Positions 1-10,117 of a DNA stretch of 64,000 bases are shown here, in pieces. The notes under the pieces are model-generated. The model saw only the letters and a program-made list of their open reading frames with translations. It was not told where the DNA came from and ran no database searches. Made by a program: the position numbers and the translations under genes. The DNA comes from Trichormus sp. ATA11-4-KO1 (GTDB lineage Bacteria > Cyanobacteriota > Cyanobacteriia > Cyanobacteriales > Nostocaceae). The stretch is taken from positions 128,001 through 192,000 of the forward strand of contig JAHHIM010000073.1 of assembly GCA_019358915.1 (NCBI GenBank), read 5' to 3'. Every line of letters begins with the position of its first letter. Position 1 is the first letter of the stretch.

Positions 1-251
1 TCACCTTGACTTGCACCTTTAACCAAGCCGGCGATATCCACAAACTCAACACGCGCCGGCAGAATTTGTGCAGAACTAGCAATCTTAGCCAGAACATTCA
101 AGCGCTCATCCGGTACTGCGACAACGCCGACATTCGGTTCAATCGTGCAAAAAGGAAAGTTAGCCGCTTCTGCTTTGGCGTTAGCAACTACAGCATTAAA
201 TAAAGTAGATTTTCCGACGTTGGGAAGTCCGACAATTCCGGCTCTTAGCAT
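1..251 (-). CDS. ychF: Redox-regulated ATPase YchF, 5' part (runs off window start)
   Basis: Manual translation from ATG at 251: [44 protein letters not shown]...[15 protein letters not shown]; YchF/OLA1 G1-G3 motifs. Not in the ORF track. Confidence 0.95.
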   Translation of the reverse strand, partial: MLRAGIVGLPNVGKSTLFNAVVANAKAEAANFPFCTIEPNVGVVAVPDERLNVLAKIASSAQILPARVEFVDIAGLVKGASQG

Positions 252-286
252 TTTCGATTTGAGATTTTGTTAAGTACAGAGTCAAT

Positions 287-484
287 TTAAACAGGTTCAG
301 GAATCGTTTGGGGAACTGGCCCTGGAACCGTTTGGGGAATGGGAGCGGGTACTGGTTCTGGCACTGGCCCTGGTACTGGTTGGGGAATAGTTGGCCCCGG
401 TATAGGTTCGGGACTGGGTAACGGATTCGGTTCAGGATTGGGAATTTGTGGTTCGGGTACAGAAATTGCAGTGGGATTAATCAC
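287..484 (-). CDS. Small proline-rich hypothetical protein
   Basis: 65-aa ORF of PxP repeats, co-oriented with and ending 35 bp upstream of ychF; Pro codons vary at the third position. Confidence 0.55.
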   Translation of the reverse strand: MINPTAISVPEPQIPNPEPNPLPSPEPIPGPTIPQPVPGPVPEPVPAPIPQTVPGPVPQTIPEPV

Positions 485-870
485 GGTAGGTCTAATTCAA
501 TTATTCGACTTTCCCAAGCTAGATGACAACATGAACTGGTGACATCTCCCCAAATACCTATACCCTTCTTTAATAATTTACCGCTATTGCCATCAACTGT
601 GTCTGAATTCTGAATATGGAAACCCCCCAGATAATGATTTGGGGGGTTGGTTTGATGGGAACGAACCGCAAAGAACACAAAGGAATAAGATAGGACTTAG
701 GCATTGACAGGAAAAACCACGTCTTTCCTAATTTAAAAATTTCTATTCTCCGCTCCCGTACCCTTCGGGACGCTTCACGAACGACTACACTCACGGCAAG
801 CCCACTCTCTACTCCTTACCAAAATGAGAATTACAGTAAGATGTGGGGATTGGTATCAGTCCTGATTTGG

Positions 871-2439
871 TTAGTTTAAAAGTGCGCCTGATTGTCCATT
901 TTCGACTACAAAAGAAGCTAAAGTTTTGACAGAGGCATTCAAGTCAATGATGCTGGAGACAACGCGGTAGTCAGTTTGCCAGAGTGCCGGTGTCAGTTGA
1001 CAACGCACGTATCCCCGGAAGGCACCGTCAAAGAATTTAGTGTGGGGATTGTTGCTTAAGGACGCTTGAACTGGCGCAATAAATTGGCTGGGAAAGTCTG
1101 AGGAAATTGAAGTTCCTATGAATTCAGTCCCTACTGTTGGTGAATTTGGGTTATTAAAATCAAGCTTCAAATCATGCACCCAACTAGAATGGATATCTCC
1201 GGTAATCACTACTGGGTTGGAGGGTTGTCGCTGATTCAGAAAATTGAGGAGTCGATTACGTGCAACCACGTAGCCATCCCACTGATCCATATTGAAGACA
1301 GCTATGTCCGGGTTACTATTAAAATTGTATTGCGCGAACATGGTTTGTTGAGCAATTATATTCCAGCGCGATCGCGATTGGTCTAACCCTGTTAATAGCC
1401 ACTTTTCTTGCTCTGAGCCTGTCATGGTAGCATTGGGGTCAAAGGCTTCAGGGCAGCGAGGTTTCAGTCCATCATCACAAGGTTGATCAGTACGGTATTG
1501 TCTAGTATCCAGGACGTTAAACTCAGCTAAATTACCGAAAGTGAACCGCCGATATAGCAGCATGTCTGGGCCGTTGGGCAGCGAAGACCGACGGAGCGGC
1601 ATGTGTTCGTAGTAGGCTTGATATGCATTGGCGCGCCGTTTCGTAAAAGCCTCTAGGGTTTGGTCGTCTTCAGGGATTAAATTGGCGTAGTTGTTATCAA
1701 CTTCATGATCATCCCAAGTGACAATCCAGGGAAACGCGGCATGAGCAGCTTGCAGATTTGAGTCAGTTTTGTATAAAGCGTGACGGTTGCGGTAGTCGTT
1801 AAGGGTGATAATTTCTGGGCCATTATGCTGGCGTGGCGCACCCGATCGCGGCCCGTCTTCATATATATAATCACCTAAATGCACCACTAAATCGAGGTTT
1901 TCCTCAGCTAAATGCCGAAAAGCTGTATAAAAACCATTTTGCCAGTCTTGACAAGAGACAAAAGCAAAGTTTAGTTGTGAGATAGAGCCAAAGAATGCTG
2001 GTGCTGTCCGAGTCCGACCTATGGGGCTAACTTCCCTACCTACCTGAAACTGATACCAATACCAACGATCAGGGTCTAGTCCACGGACATCAACGTGTAC
2101 TGAATGTGCTAACTCTGGTGTCGCCAGCGCAGTTCCGCGACGCACAACCCTTCTCATCTTCTCATCAAGGGCTACTCGCCACCGCACAGGTACATTATTC
2201 TGTGGCATTCCTCCGCCGAAAAGTGGATTGGGAGCCAACCTAGTCCAGATCACCACACTATCCGGCAAAGGGTCACCAGAGGCCACACCCAGACTGAACG
2301 GATAGCCAGAAAATCTGGGGTTAGCCAATACCGGATGCCATTGGCTAGTAATTGTTAACCCCGTTAAAAAACCTGCACCCAGTAAAAAACTTCGCCGTCT
2401 GCACCGATTTGCTAGCAGGTTGTTCTCCATCAGATCCAT
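871..2439 (-). CDS. phoD: Alkaline phosphatase D family protein, Tat-exported
   Basis: RRRSFLL twin-arginine signal; GVASGDP, HLGDYIYE, WDDHEV, TGDIH motifs. Confidence 0.93.
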   Translation of the reverse strand: MDLMENNLLANRCRRRSFLLGAGFLTGLTITSQWHPVLANPRFSGYPFSLGVASGDPLPDSVVIWTRLAPNPLFGGGMPQNNVPVRWRVALDEKMRRVVRRGTALATPELAHSVHVDVRGLDPDRWYWYQFQVGREVSPIGRTRTAPAFFGSISQLNFAFVSCQDWQNGFYTAFRHLAEENLDLVVHLGDYIYEDGPRSGAPRQHNGPEIITLNDYRNRHALYKTDSNLQAAHAAFPWIVTWDDHEVDNNYANLIPEDDQTLEAFTKRRANAYQAYYEHMPLRRSSLPNGPDMLLYRRFTFGNLAEFNVLDTRQYRTDQPCDDGLKPRCPEAFDPNATMTGSEQEKWLLTGLDQSRSRWNIIAQQTMFAQYNFNSNPDIAVFNMDQWDGYVVARNRLLNFLNQRQPSNPVVITGDIHSSWVHDLKLDFNNPNSPTVGTEFIGTSISSDFPSQFIAPVQASLSNNPHTKFFDGAFRGYVRCQLTPALWQTDYRVVSSIIDLNASVKTLASFVVENGQSGALLN

Positions 2440-2526
2440 AATTCACCCCTACTGAGATGTTGATTTTGACTGGTTTCTCAATTGCTCAAATAAACTAGAG
2501 CAACTTACCAACCCCAAATCAAGCAG

Positions 2527-2556
2527 GGATTAAGATTGTGTTAAATATCAACTAAG
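2527..2556 (-). promoter_or_regulatory. Pho box (SphR/PhoB site) upstream of phoD
   Basis: Minus strand CTTAGTTG-N3-TTTAACAC-N3-CTTAATCC: three 11-bp-period repeats resembling cyanobacterial CTTAACCT. Confidence 0.7.
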
Positions 2557-2651
2557 TAAATCGGCGGGAATAAATCAAACTAATCTAATAAAGTCATATT
2601 TTCCGTCCTGGGTGTAGCTTTCAATCCGCCCCAGACAATCGCGAATATGGA

Positions 2652-2807
2652 TTAAATAAAGCCTGCTAGCAAAAAATCAATATCACTATCTTCTGTCTTC
2701 TCCCCTCGTGCTACTGAACCAAACACCTGCACATTAAACGCCCCATGCTTTGCTGCAATCCCTAAAATCTCCTCTCGTCTTTCTATTCATACCTGCTGCA
2801 AGTTCAT
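2652..2807 (-). pseudogene. Degraded MNT-family nucleotidyltransferase (antitoxin-like) remnant
   Basis: MNLQQV*IERREEILGIAAKHGAFNVQVFGSVARGEKTEDSDIDFLLAGFI*; GS-x-ARG...DSDID motif, stop at codon 7, C-terminal half missing, GAGGA RBS upstream. Confidence 0.8.
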
Positions 2808-2856
2808 GTCACAAATCCTCCTCAAAAATCAACTGCTTGGTCAGTGAATTTAAAAA

Positions 2857-3114
2857 TTAAGCAATTGCCAAATCATAATGTAAAACTAAAATTTCATCTG
2901 CTCTCAAAGTCGCCATTGCATATTCACAGCCTTGGGTATCAGCAAATTCGACTAAATAATGATATTCTTCTTCTTGCTCATACACTTCTACAATTGTTCC
3001 CACTTGCCCACTAGGTAAGCTTTTTATAGAAGAATAATCTTCTACTAGTTGTAATCTTTCAATGGGAATAGGCTTGAGGGTAGCAATAGTATCCAAAAGT
3101 TTAACTTTTTTCAT
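2857..3114 (-). CDS. DUF4926-like small protein
   Basis: GQVGTIVEVY...YLVEFAD.QG pattern; overlaps the upstream ORF. Confidence 0.75.
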   Translation of the reverse strand: MKKVKLLDTIATLKPIPIERLQLVEDYSSIKSLPSGQVGTIVEVYEQEEEYHYLVEFADTQGCEYAMATLRADEILVLHYDLAIA

Positions 3115-3445
3115 TGAACTTCAGAAATGCAGTAATCAAACGTGGATAGGGATTTTTAGCAGTAATTTCCCAGATTGTCCGCAGCCTGATTCCGTCTGTA
3201 TCAGGTACTATCCAATCTACCTTAAACTGTTGACCAAATTGTGTAGTACTTTGCTGAACAACTTCACCTGCAACTGCTGCTGTTCGCACAAGTTCACGCA
3301 AAACATCCGCGTTTTCCAGCGTGATTCCTAGAATCGAGGCGAAAACTCTGGCTTTATGTTTTCCACTGGAATGTTCTGGGTTTAGACAATAGCCTATTAG
3401 CTTTTGCGTAGAAATCTCTGCTTGCTCGCCGTTGGGTAATTTCAT
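3101..3445 (-). CDS. DUF6883-like protein
   Basis: MKLPN..A.I...KL..YCLNPEH..GKHKARVF...LGI...PRLITA pattern. Confidence 0.75.
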   Translation of the reverse strand: MKLPNGEQAEISTQKLIGYCLNPEHSSGKHKARVFASILGITLENADVLRELVRTAAVAGEVVQQSTTQFGQQFKVDWIVPDTDGIRLRTIWEITAKNPYPRLITAFLKFNEKS

Positions 3446-3506
3446 CGTCTATGAAGATGCCCTAACAGACTTCAAATTTTATCATTGGCGGTTCGTTTAT
3501 AAAAAA

Positions 3507-4979
3507 ATGCTCAATCAAAACCAAACACCATTAATAGATGCTTTAAAAGCTTATACAACCCATGCTCACGCTCCCTTTTACACACCAGGACATAAGCGGG
3601 GAAAAGGCATTCATCAACCCTTGGCTGACTTACTGGGGACAAAAGTCTTTGATGCTGATTTAACAGAATTAGCTAATTTAGATAATTTATTTGCGCCCCA
3701 AGGCGTAATTCAACAAGCGCAACAACTAGCAGCCGCAGCATTTGGCGCATCACAAACATGGTTTTTGGTCAATGGTTCTACCTGTGGGATTGAAGCGGCA
3801 ATTTTAGCAACCTGTGGCACAGGCGATAAAATCATTCTGCCTCGGAATGTGCATTCATCAGCGATCGCGGGGTTAATTCTCTCTGGTGCCATACCTATTT
3901 TTCTTCATCCTGAATATGACCCAGTTTTAGATATAGCCCACAGTATCACACCTGAAGCTGTGCAAGCGGCACTACAAAAACATCCTGACGCGAAAGCAGT
4001 GTTCGTAGTTTATCCCACATATTATGGTGTTTGTGGGAATTTGAAAGCGATCGCCCAAATTACTCATCAATATCATATTCCTTTACTTGTAGACGAAGCA
4101 CACGGCGCTCACTTTGCTTTTCATCCCGAACTACCCACCCCAGCATTAGCGGCAGGTGCTGATTTAACTGTACAATCCACCCATAAAGTACTTGGTGCGA
4201 TGACACAGGCATCAATGCTGCACGTTCAAGGTGACAGGATCAAGATTGATCGAGTAAGTAAAGCTTTGCAGCTTGTGCAATCTACCAGTCCTAGTTATCT
4301 ACTTTTAGCTTCCCTAGATGCCGCACGTCAGCAAATGGCATTATCAGGAAAAGCGTTGATGTCTCGCACATTGCAACTTGCTGATGAAGCGAGAACAAGA
4401 ATTAGCCAAATTCCTGGGTTATCGGTTTTGCAGATGACATCACCCGGCTTTATGGCTTTAGACAGAACACGGCTAACCGTTAATGTTTCTGGTTTAGGGA
4501 TAACGGGATTTACCGCAGATGAAATTTTAGATGCACAACTGGGTGTTACGGCTGAATTTGCATCAATGCAACATCTAACTTTTATTATTAGTTTAGGTAA
4601 TACCCCAGCTGATATTGAGCAATTGGTGCAAGGTTTTATGAAATTAGGGAGTAGGGGGAATACTGGTAGTTTGTTAACGAGAAACGAATGCATCGTATGG
4701 GATAATCATCTGAGACTTTCTCCCCGTGAAGCCTTTTTTGCTGATAGCGAAACTTTACCAGTGGAACAGACAAGCGATCGCATCTGTACAGAAATTGTTT
4801 GTCCCTACCCCCCAGGAATTCCCGTTTTAATGCCGGGAGAAGTGATTACCAAAGCGGCTTTAGAATATCTACAACAAATTCAAGCCACAGGTGGATTTAT
4901 TAGTGGTTGTGTTGATACCAGTGGCAAAACTTTAAAAGTGGTCAATTTTTTAAGTGCTGAGTGCCTTTCTAAGTGCTGA
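3507..4979 (+). CDS. Orn/Lys/Arg decarboxylase (PLP-dependent, fold I)
   Basis: TPGHK, NGSTCG, DEAHGAH, QSTHK (PLP lysine), STSPSY, YPPGIP. Start moved to ATG 3507 to avoid overlap with the divergent gene. Confidence 0.92.
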   Translation: MLNQNQTPLIDALKAYTTHAHAPFYTPGHKRGKGIHQPLADLLGTKVFDADLTELANLDNLFAPQGVIQQAQQLAAAAFGASQTWFLVNGSTCGIEAAILATCGTGDKIILPRNVHSSAIAGLILSGAIPIFLHPEYDPVLDIAHSITPEAVQAALQKHPDAKAVFVVYPTYYGVCGNLKAIAQITHQYHIPLLVDEAHGAHFAFHPELPTPALAAGADLTVQSTHKVLGAMTQASMLHVQGDRIKIDRVSKALQLVQSTSPSYLLLASLDAARQQMALSGKALMSRTLQLADEARTRISQIPGLSVLQMTSPGFMALDRTRLTVNVSGLGITGFTADEILDAQLGVTAEFASMQHLTFIISLGNTPADIEQLVQGFMKLGSRGNTGSLLTRNECIVWDNHLRLSPREAFFADSETLPVEQTSDRICTEIVCPYPPGIPVLMPGEVITKAALEYLQQIQATGGFISGCVDTSGKTLKVVNFLSAECLSKC

Positions 4980-5105
4980 GTGTTGAGTGCTGAGTGCTGA
5001 GTAAGGAATTATTATTTATCCCAATTCCCCATTCCCAATTCCCCATTCTCTATTCCCAATTCCCCATTCTCTATTCCCAATTCCCCATTCCCAATTCCCC
5101 ATTCC
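4952..5105. repeat. STRR-type heptamer arrays (GTGCTGA; CCCAATT/CCCCATT)
   Basis: Tandem GTGCTGA units followed by CCCAATTCCCCATT units with a 21-bp higher-order repeat, between convergent genes. Confidence 0.85.
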
Positions 5106-5112
5106 TATACTT

Positions 5113-8100
5113 TTACCAAAGTTGCACAGCTATGACTCCAGCGATCGCACTGGCGACAAGGGAAGTCAGCGCTGTACCAAATAGCCACCAAGCAGCACTG
5201 GCTACGGCTTTTTTAGTTTCTTCAGCTTGCTTTTTAGCTTGTTCTTGGATTGCTTGCAGGCGTTTTTGCGTTTCTTGTTGGATGCGTTCGGCTCTTTGCA
5301 ACACACTATCTCGCGCTGCTTCTATTTGGTTGATAATTCGGTTAGCATCTTCCTGGGAAATATCTTCACGAGAACTGAGGATAGCAACTAAGGTATCAAG
5401 GTCAAATTGACTTAGGCGATCGCGCAACGCCTCAAATCCTGCTTGTGGATCATCCAACAATTTAGCAAAGTCTTGCTGAATGCCTTCATAGTTCAGTTCT
5501 GGACGAGCCAAGGAGTTGAGGTAATCGCGGATTTTGGCAAAAATTCCATCAATCACCGATTGTACCCTTTGCTGAACCTGCTGCAATTGGTTCACAACTG
5601 AATCGCGCGCCGACTCAATTTGATCGACAATGCGATTAGCGTCTGCTTCGGAAATATCTTCTCTTTGGGATAATAGTGCCACAATTGTCGAACGATCGAA
5701 TTTAGCCACGCGATCGCCTAAATTTCCCAGTCCTACTTGCGGATCTCGCAGCAGCAATTGCACATCACGTTTGATGCTTTCTGGATTGAGTTCTTCTTTA
5801 TCGGTTTGACGCAAGTAATTTTCCAGATTGGCTTCAAAGTCTGTGACTCGTTGAGCGGTACGGCTGGCGAAACGTCGCGGCGCTCTCACGATACTTTGAA
5901 TGGCTGCTTGTACTTGATCAATGATCTGATTAATTTGCTCTTCGCTCAAGTCTTGCCGTTGGTTGAGCAGTTTCACTAATGTATCACGGTCAAAATGGGA
6001 TAGGCGATCGCGGAATGCTAAAGCACCCATTCGCGGATCAGCTAGTAATGTTTCTAAATCTCGCCTGATACCTTCGGGGTTGAGTTCTTTTAAGTTAGTA
6101 TGGCGGAGATATTCAGCCAGTGCAGTTTTAGTTTGCTCATACTGATCTGCTACTGTTTGCGGTGCTTGCAAGATGCTATCTCTGACGGCTTCCAATTGAT
6201 TGAGAATTTGGTTTACCTGTTCTGCACTCAAATCTTGCCGTTGAGTGAGCAATTTCACAATGGTATCGCGGTCAAAACGAGATAGGCGATCGCGTAGTAA
6301 ACTAATTCCTACAGTTGGCTGTTCTAGTAAAGCTTTAAAATCACGCCTAATACCTTCAGGATTCAATTCTTCTTTATTGGTATTTCGCAAATAATCTGTG
6401 ATTCTTTGCCACAATTGATTGGCTGTTGCTGTTGCTTGTTCTTGGCGTTCCCTGAATTGATTCAAGACGCGTTCGCAGATATTTTCTAGTTGACTAACAA
6501 TATTATTAGCTTCTTCTTCACTGAGGTCTTGACGATGCAAGAGTACCTGCACAAAAGCATGACGATCAAATTCTTGTAAGCGAATACTTAAATCAGCAAA
6601 ATCGGTTGCTGATTCTGTTAACAAAGTAGTGAAATCTTGTTCAATAGCTTCTGGGTTCAGTTCTACCTTACTTGTAGAACGCAAATAATTTTCGATGCGG
6701 AAACGAAGTTCTTGTCCTTTTTCTCGTACTTCTGCCTGTTGGACAATTTCTAAGACTTCCTGGCGAATACTTTCCATCTGCTGGGAAATTTCTTTTACCC
6801 TGGCTTCGCTGATGTCACCTCTTTGTGTCAGCAAGTTAGTAAAATATTCTTGATTGATTTGTGCTAATTCCCGATGTGTGGTTGCAGGATCTGCCTGTGG
6901 ATCATATATCACTTCTGGAAATTCATCTTGAATTTTGATGCGGTTAAAATGCCAAGGTAAAGAATTCAGAATATAGTCTTCTACATCCGCTTTAATAATA
7001 TTTTCGGATGGCTTTGGCAATCTTGCAGCTATTTTACCAGTAGTTTGCTCTCTGAGATTTTGCAACTGGTGTGTAATTTTCTCAATATCTATATCTTGAA
7101 TTTTATCTCTTAGTTTTTGCAGTTGAGTTGTAATTTTTTCCACATCGAGATCAGAGAGTTCGACCCGATCTAGTAATGCTGGTGCTGCACTCAAGCCATA
7201 TCGAATACCTTGTTTGAGCAAATTATTTCTACCATTACCGTTTTCTCTGACTCCAACTAGTTGCTGAAGCCGTTCACCCAAATCTTCCGAGCTCAACTCT
7301 TCGGGAGTAGCAGATTTAAGTAAACTAATTACTTGCTCTGTGGGATTTTGACGAGCAATAGTTTGTTTCCAAGCATCTTCTAGTTGTTCAGAAATTTGAT
7401 TGACATCTTGTTTTGATAAATTTGTCCGACTGCTAATTAAATCGATAAATGTTTGACGATTAATGTTTTTTAGTAGGTCACTGTCAGTCATAGATTGTAA
7501 ATCTACGTCACTGAGTATCTTGTCAAATTGACTGCGAATTTCTGCTAAATTCAAATTAGGTATTTGCAGAGAATGCAAAGAATTTTGTAACGTATTTCTT
7601 AAACCTTCAGTGTCTAAACCTGAAGTTAATTCGCGCCGGACTGCGGCTGTAATTTCCTCAGCTGTAGAAACTGCTTGTTTTTTCCCTGCATTAGCACCAA
7701 ATGTAGCAGTTGCAGTCCCCACTAGAGCTTGTAAACCAGCGTTTGCAGTACTGATAAAAGAGCTAACGAAGGAACCTACCGTTGAAGAACCCAACCAAAC
7801 TACTAGTGAAAAGTAGGCAGACCAAATCACTACACCGATAATTGCTCCTAAAAGCGCACTTTCAATTAAGCTAAGTTTTACCGCTAGAAAACAAGCGATG
7901 AATAATGCAATACTAGCGGTTATTAATGCCCAAAATCCTACTTTAGTTTCAACTTTGCGAATTTTCCTACCCCAAGTTTGTGATTCAGAATTAGCAGATG
8001 AATCAATTACCCAAGATGAAATTCCTACAGCAACGGAAAAGTTTGTCAATAAAAATTGGAAAGCAAAGGCCATTAAAGTACCAGCTAATAATGCCACGAT

Positions 8101-8226
8101 AAATTTAGGTCCGGAAAAGACGACTGATACTTGTTCTGGCGTGAGAATATCTGACGCTCCATTTATGAGTGCTATTCCTATAGATAGCTCAATCCAACTA
8201 AACATAGTTTCAACACCATGAAACAT
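5113..8226 (-). CDS. Large membrane-anchored helical-repeat protein
   Basis: N-terminal TM helices, about 5 repeats of YLR.T.KEELNPEGI.RD...LRDRLS.FDRDT.V.LL.QR.DLS, C-terminal TM (AWWLFG). Confidence 0.85.
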   Translation of the reverse strand: MFHGVETMFSWIELSIGIALINGASDILTPEQVSVVFSGPKFIVALLAGTLMAFAFQFLLTNFSVAVGISSWVIDSSANSESQTWGRKIRKVETKVGFWALITASIALFIACFLAVKLSLIESALLGAIIGVVIWSAYFSLVVWLGSSTVGSFVSSFISTANAGLQALVGTATATFGANAGKKQAVSTAEEITAAVRRELTSGLDTEGLRNTLQNSLHSLQIPNLNLAEIRSQFDKILSDVDLQSMTDSDLLKNINRQTFIDLISSRTNLSKQDVNQISEQLEDAWKQTIARQNPTEQVISLLKSATPEELSSEDLGERLQQLVGVRENGNGRNNLLKQGIRYGLSAAPALLDRVELSDLDVEKITTQLQKLRDKIQDIDIEKITHQLQNLREQTTGKIAARLPKPSENIIKADVEDYILNSLPWHFNRIKIQDEFPEVIYDPQADPATTHRELAQINQEYFTNLLTQRGDISEARVKEISQQMESIRQEVLEIVQQAEVREKGQELRFRIENYLRSTSKVELNPEAIEQDFTTLLTESATDFADLSIRLQEFDRHAFVQVLLHRQDLSEEEANNIVSQLENICERVLNQFRERQEQATATANQLWQRITDYLRNTNKEELNPEGIRRDFKALLEQPTVGISLLRDRLSRFDRDTIVKLLTQRQDLSAEQVNQILNQLEAVRDSILQAPQTVADQYEQTKTALAEYLRHTNLKELNPEGIRRDLETLLADPRMGALAFRDRLSHFDRDTLVKLLNQRQDLSEEQINQIIDQVQAAIQSIVRAPRRFASRTAQRVTDFEANLENYLRQTDKEELNPESIKRDVQLLLRDPQVGLGNLGDRVAKFDRSTIVALLSQREDISEADANRIVDQIESARDSVVNQLQQVQQRVQSVIDGIFAKIRDYLNSLARPELNYEGIQQDFAKLLDDPQAGFEALRDRLSQFDLDTLVAILSSREDISQEDANRIINQIEAARDSVLQRAERIQQETQKRLQAIQEQAKKQAEETKKAVASAAWWLFGTALTSLVASAIAGVIAVQLW

Positions 8227-8732
8227 AATATTTCCCCAATTACACTCAATTCAATATCCATTTCTAGAGAAATTGGCTTATCTATCAGTTTAGATACTAA
8301 TTACCTCTGATTACACTTTCCCTGGTAATATATCCTTTTGCCAAAAGTCGTATTTTTCTCTCTCTATTTATTAATGTTAATTGCCGATTTAGCATAGAAA
8401 ATAGTATTAATATAAGAAATAAAGTAATAAATTTATATGTATCTAGTAAATCATCTTAGATATTTATATCTATCAAAAATTATTAAATAAAAAATCTACA
8501 ATTAAAAATCAATTAACTTGCCAACAATGAATTTAATAAATATCATAAATTATTGGTTTTTACGTAATTTAATAAATACACTTATGTCCAATGGCAGAGA
8601 TTTAATTTATTCCGAGCGATTGATGAAAACCTTTTATAAAAAATATATAAGTTAAATTGTTGGTCTAAATATCAATAGATTAAAGATTAGCACATTGGCA
8701 GGAAATCATTTTTTTGATTAGGAGAAGAAGAC

Positions 8733-9983
8733 ATGGTTGTAGGCGTGCGTAGACGAGCTGTAGGTGTATTTTCTAATCACAGGGCTGTGGAACAAGCACT
8801 GCATGAATTGAAGAATTCCGGCTTTCCCATGGATAGAGTTTCTGTCATCGCCAGAGATGCAGATCGTCAAGATGATATTGCCGGTACCCAAGTCAAGGAA
8901 CAAGTTGGAGATAAAGCCGACGAAGGTGCAGCAACTGGAGCTATTTCTGGCGGTGTTTTGGGTGGTGTAACTGGCTTATTAGTTGGTCTGGGAGCCATAG
9001 CAATTCCCGGAATTGGGCCAATCATGCTGGCTGGTGCAACAGCAACTACTTTGGCTACCACTCTAGCTGGCGCTGGTATTGGTGCAGCAGCTGGTGGCTT
9101 AATAGGTGCATTAATTGGTTTAGGAATTCCCGAAGAGCGAGCTAGAGTTTATCACGAGCGAGTTGAACGAGGACATTATTTAGTCATCATAGATGGCACA
9201 GAGGCAGAAATTGCTACAGCTCAAGCAATTCTTAATCGCCATAGGATCGAAGAGTTTGGTATTTATGACTACCCCAATGACGAACGTGCAACGACCAATG
9301 TCGCGCAGAGGGATGTGACTGCACAAATAACTCAACGGGCGATTGGCGTATTTTCTCGTTACCGAGATGCAGAAGCAGCGCTTACGGAACTGCGAGATGC
9401 GGGTTTTTCCATGAATCAAGTATCTTTCATTGCCAAAGATACAAACGGTCAACGTGTAGCTGGAGCAGATAGAAATCTCGGTACAGGTAATAAAGCAGAC
9501 GAAGGAGCAAAAGCTGGAGCAGCCACAGGGGGAGCTTTAGGCGGCTTAGGCGGCTTATTAGTCGGTCTTGGTGCTTTAGCAATTCCTGGAGTAGGTCCTG
9601 TGATTGCAGGTGGTGCAGTAGCAACTGCATTAGCATCCACCATCACTGGTGGTGTGGTAGGTGCGGCGGCTGGCGGTTTAGTTGGTGCATTGGTTGGTTT
9701 AGGTATTCCCGAAGACCGAGCACGAGTTTATAGCGATCGCTTCCAAAGAGGTGACCATTTAGTCATAGTCGATGGGACACCAGATGAAATCCGCCGCGCT
9801 GAAGCAATTCTCAAACGTCGCGGTATTGAAGAATTTGCCATCTATGATGCTACTGATATAGACAGGGAACATCGTCCAGGACTGGATCAAGTCAGACATG
9901 AGACCACTAGGAATTACTCAGCAACAGGCGATCGCGAAGACCCTTCTGTAGTGATTATTGATCGTCGGGATGAAAAAGTTTAA
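8733..9983 (+). CDS. General stress protein-like membrane protein with duplicated Gly-zipper domain
   Basis: Two tandem copies of RA(V/I)GVFS...ADEGA..GA..GG.LGG...LIGLGIPE.RA.VY; AGGAG RBS. Confidence 0.85.
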   Translation: MVVGVRRRAVGVFSNHRAVEQALHELKNSGFPMDRVSVIARDADRQDDIAGTQVKEQVGDKADEGAATGAISGGVLGGVTGLLVGLGAIAIPGIGPIMLAGATATTLATTLAGAGIGAAAGGLIGALIGLGIPEERARVYHERVERGHYLVIIDGTEAEIATAQAILNRHRIEEFGIYDYPNDERATTNVAQRDVTAQITQRAIGVFSRYRDAEAALTELRDAGFSMNQVSFIAKDTNGQRVAGADRNLGTGNKADEGAKAGAATGGALGGLGGLLVGLGALAIPGVGPVIAGGAVATALASTITGGVVGAAAGGLVGALVGLGIPEDRARVYSDRFQRGDHLVIVDGTPDEIRRAEAILKRRGIEEFAIYDATDIDREHRPGLDQVRHETTRNYSATGDREDPSVVIIDRRDEKV

Positions 9984-10117
9984 CCCAATTAATTTGGTGA
10001 TTACACACAACAAATTTACTCGATTGTAGTAGCAACAAACAAAACTTGCTCTACCCTACTTCTAAAAAACATCAACACATTCTCAAAATTTCAATTTACG
10101 AGCCAGAATTTAAACAT

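Noticed and set aside
6..203. 65-aa plus-strand ORF
   Set aside because: Antisense shadow of ychF.
339..542. Gly-rich plus-strand ORF
   Set aside because: Mirror of the Pro-rich minus-strand ORF; the minus strand fits local gene orientation better, though this is not proven.
4994..5410. 138-aa plus-strand ORF
   Set aside because: Made of heptamer repeats plus the antisense of the 5113-8226 gene.
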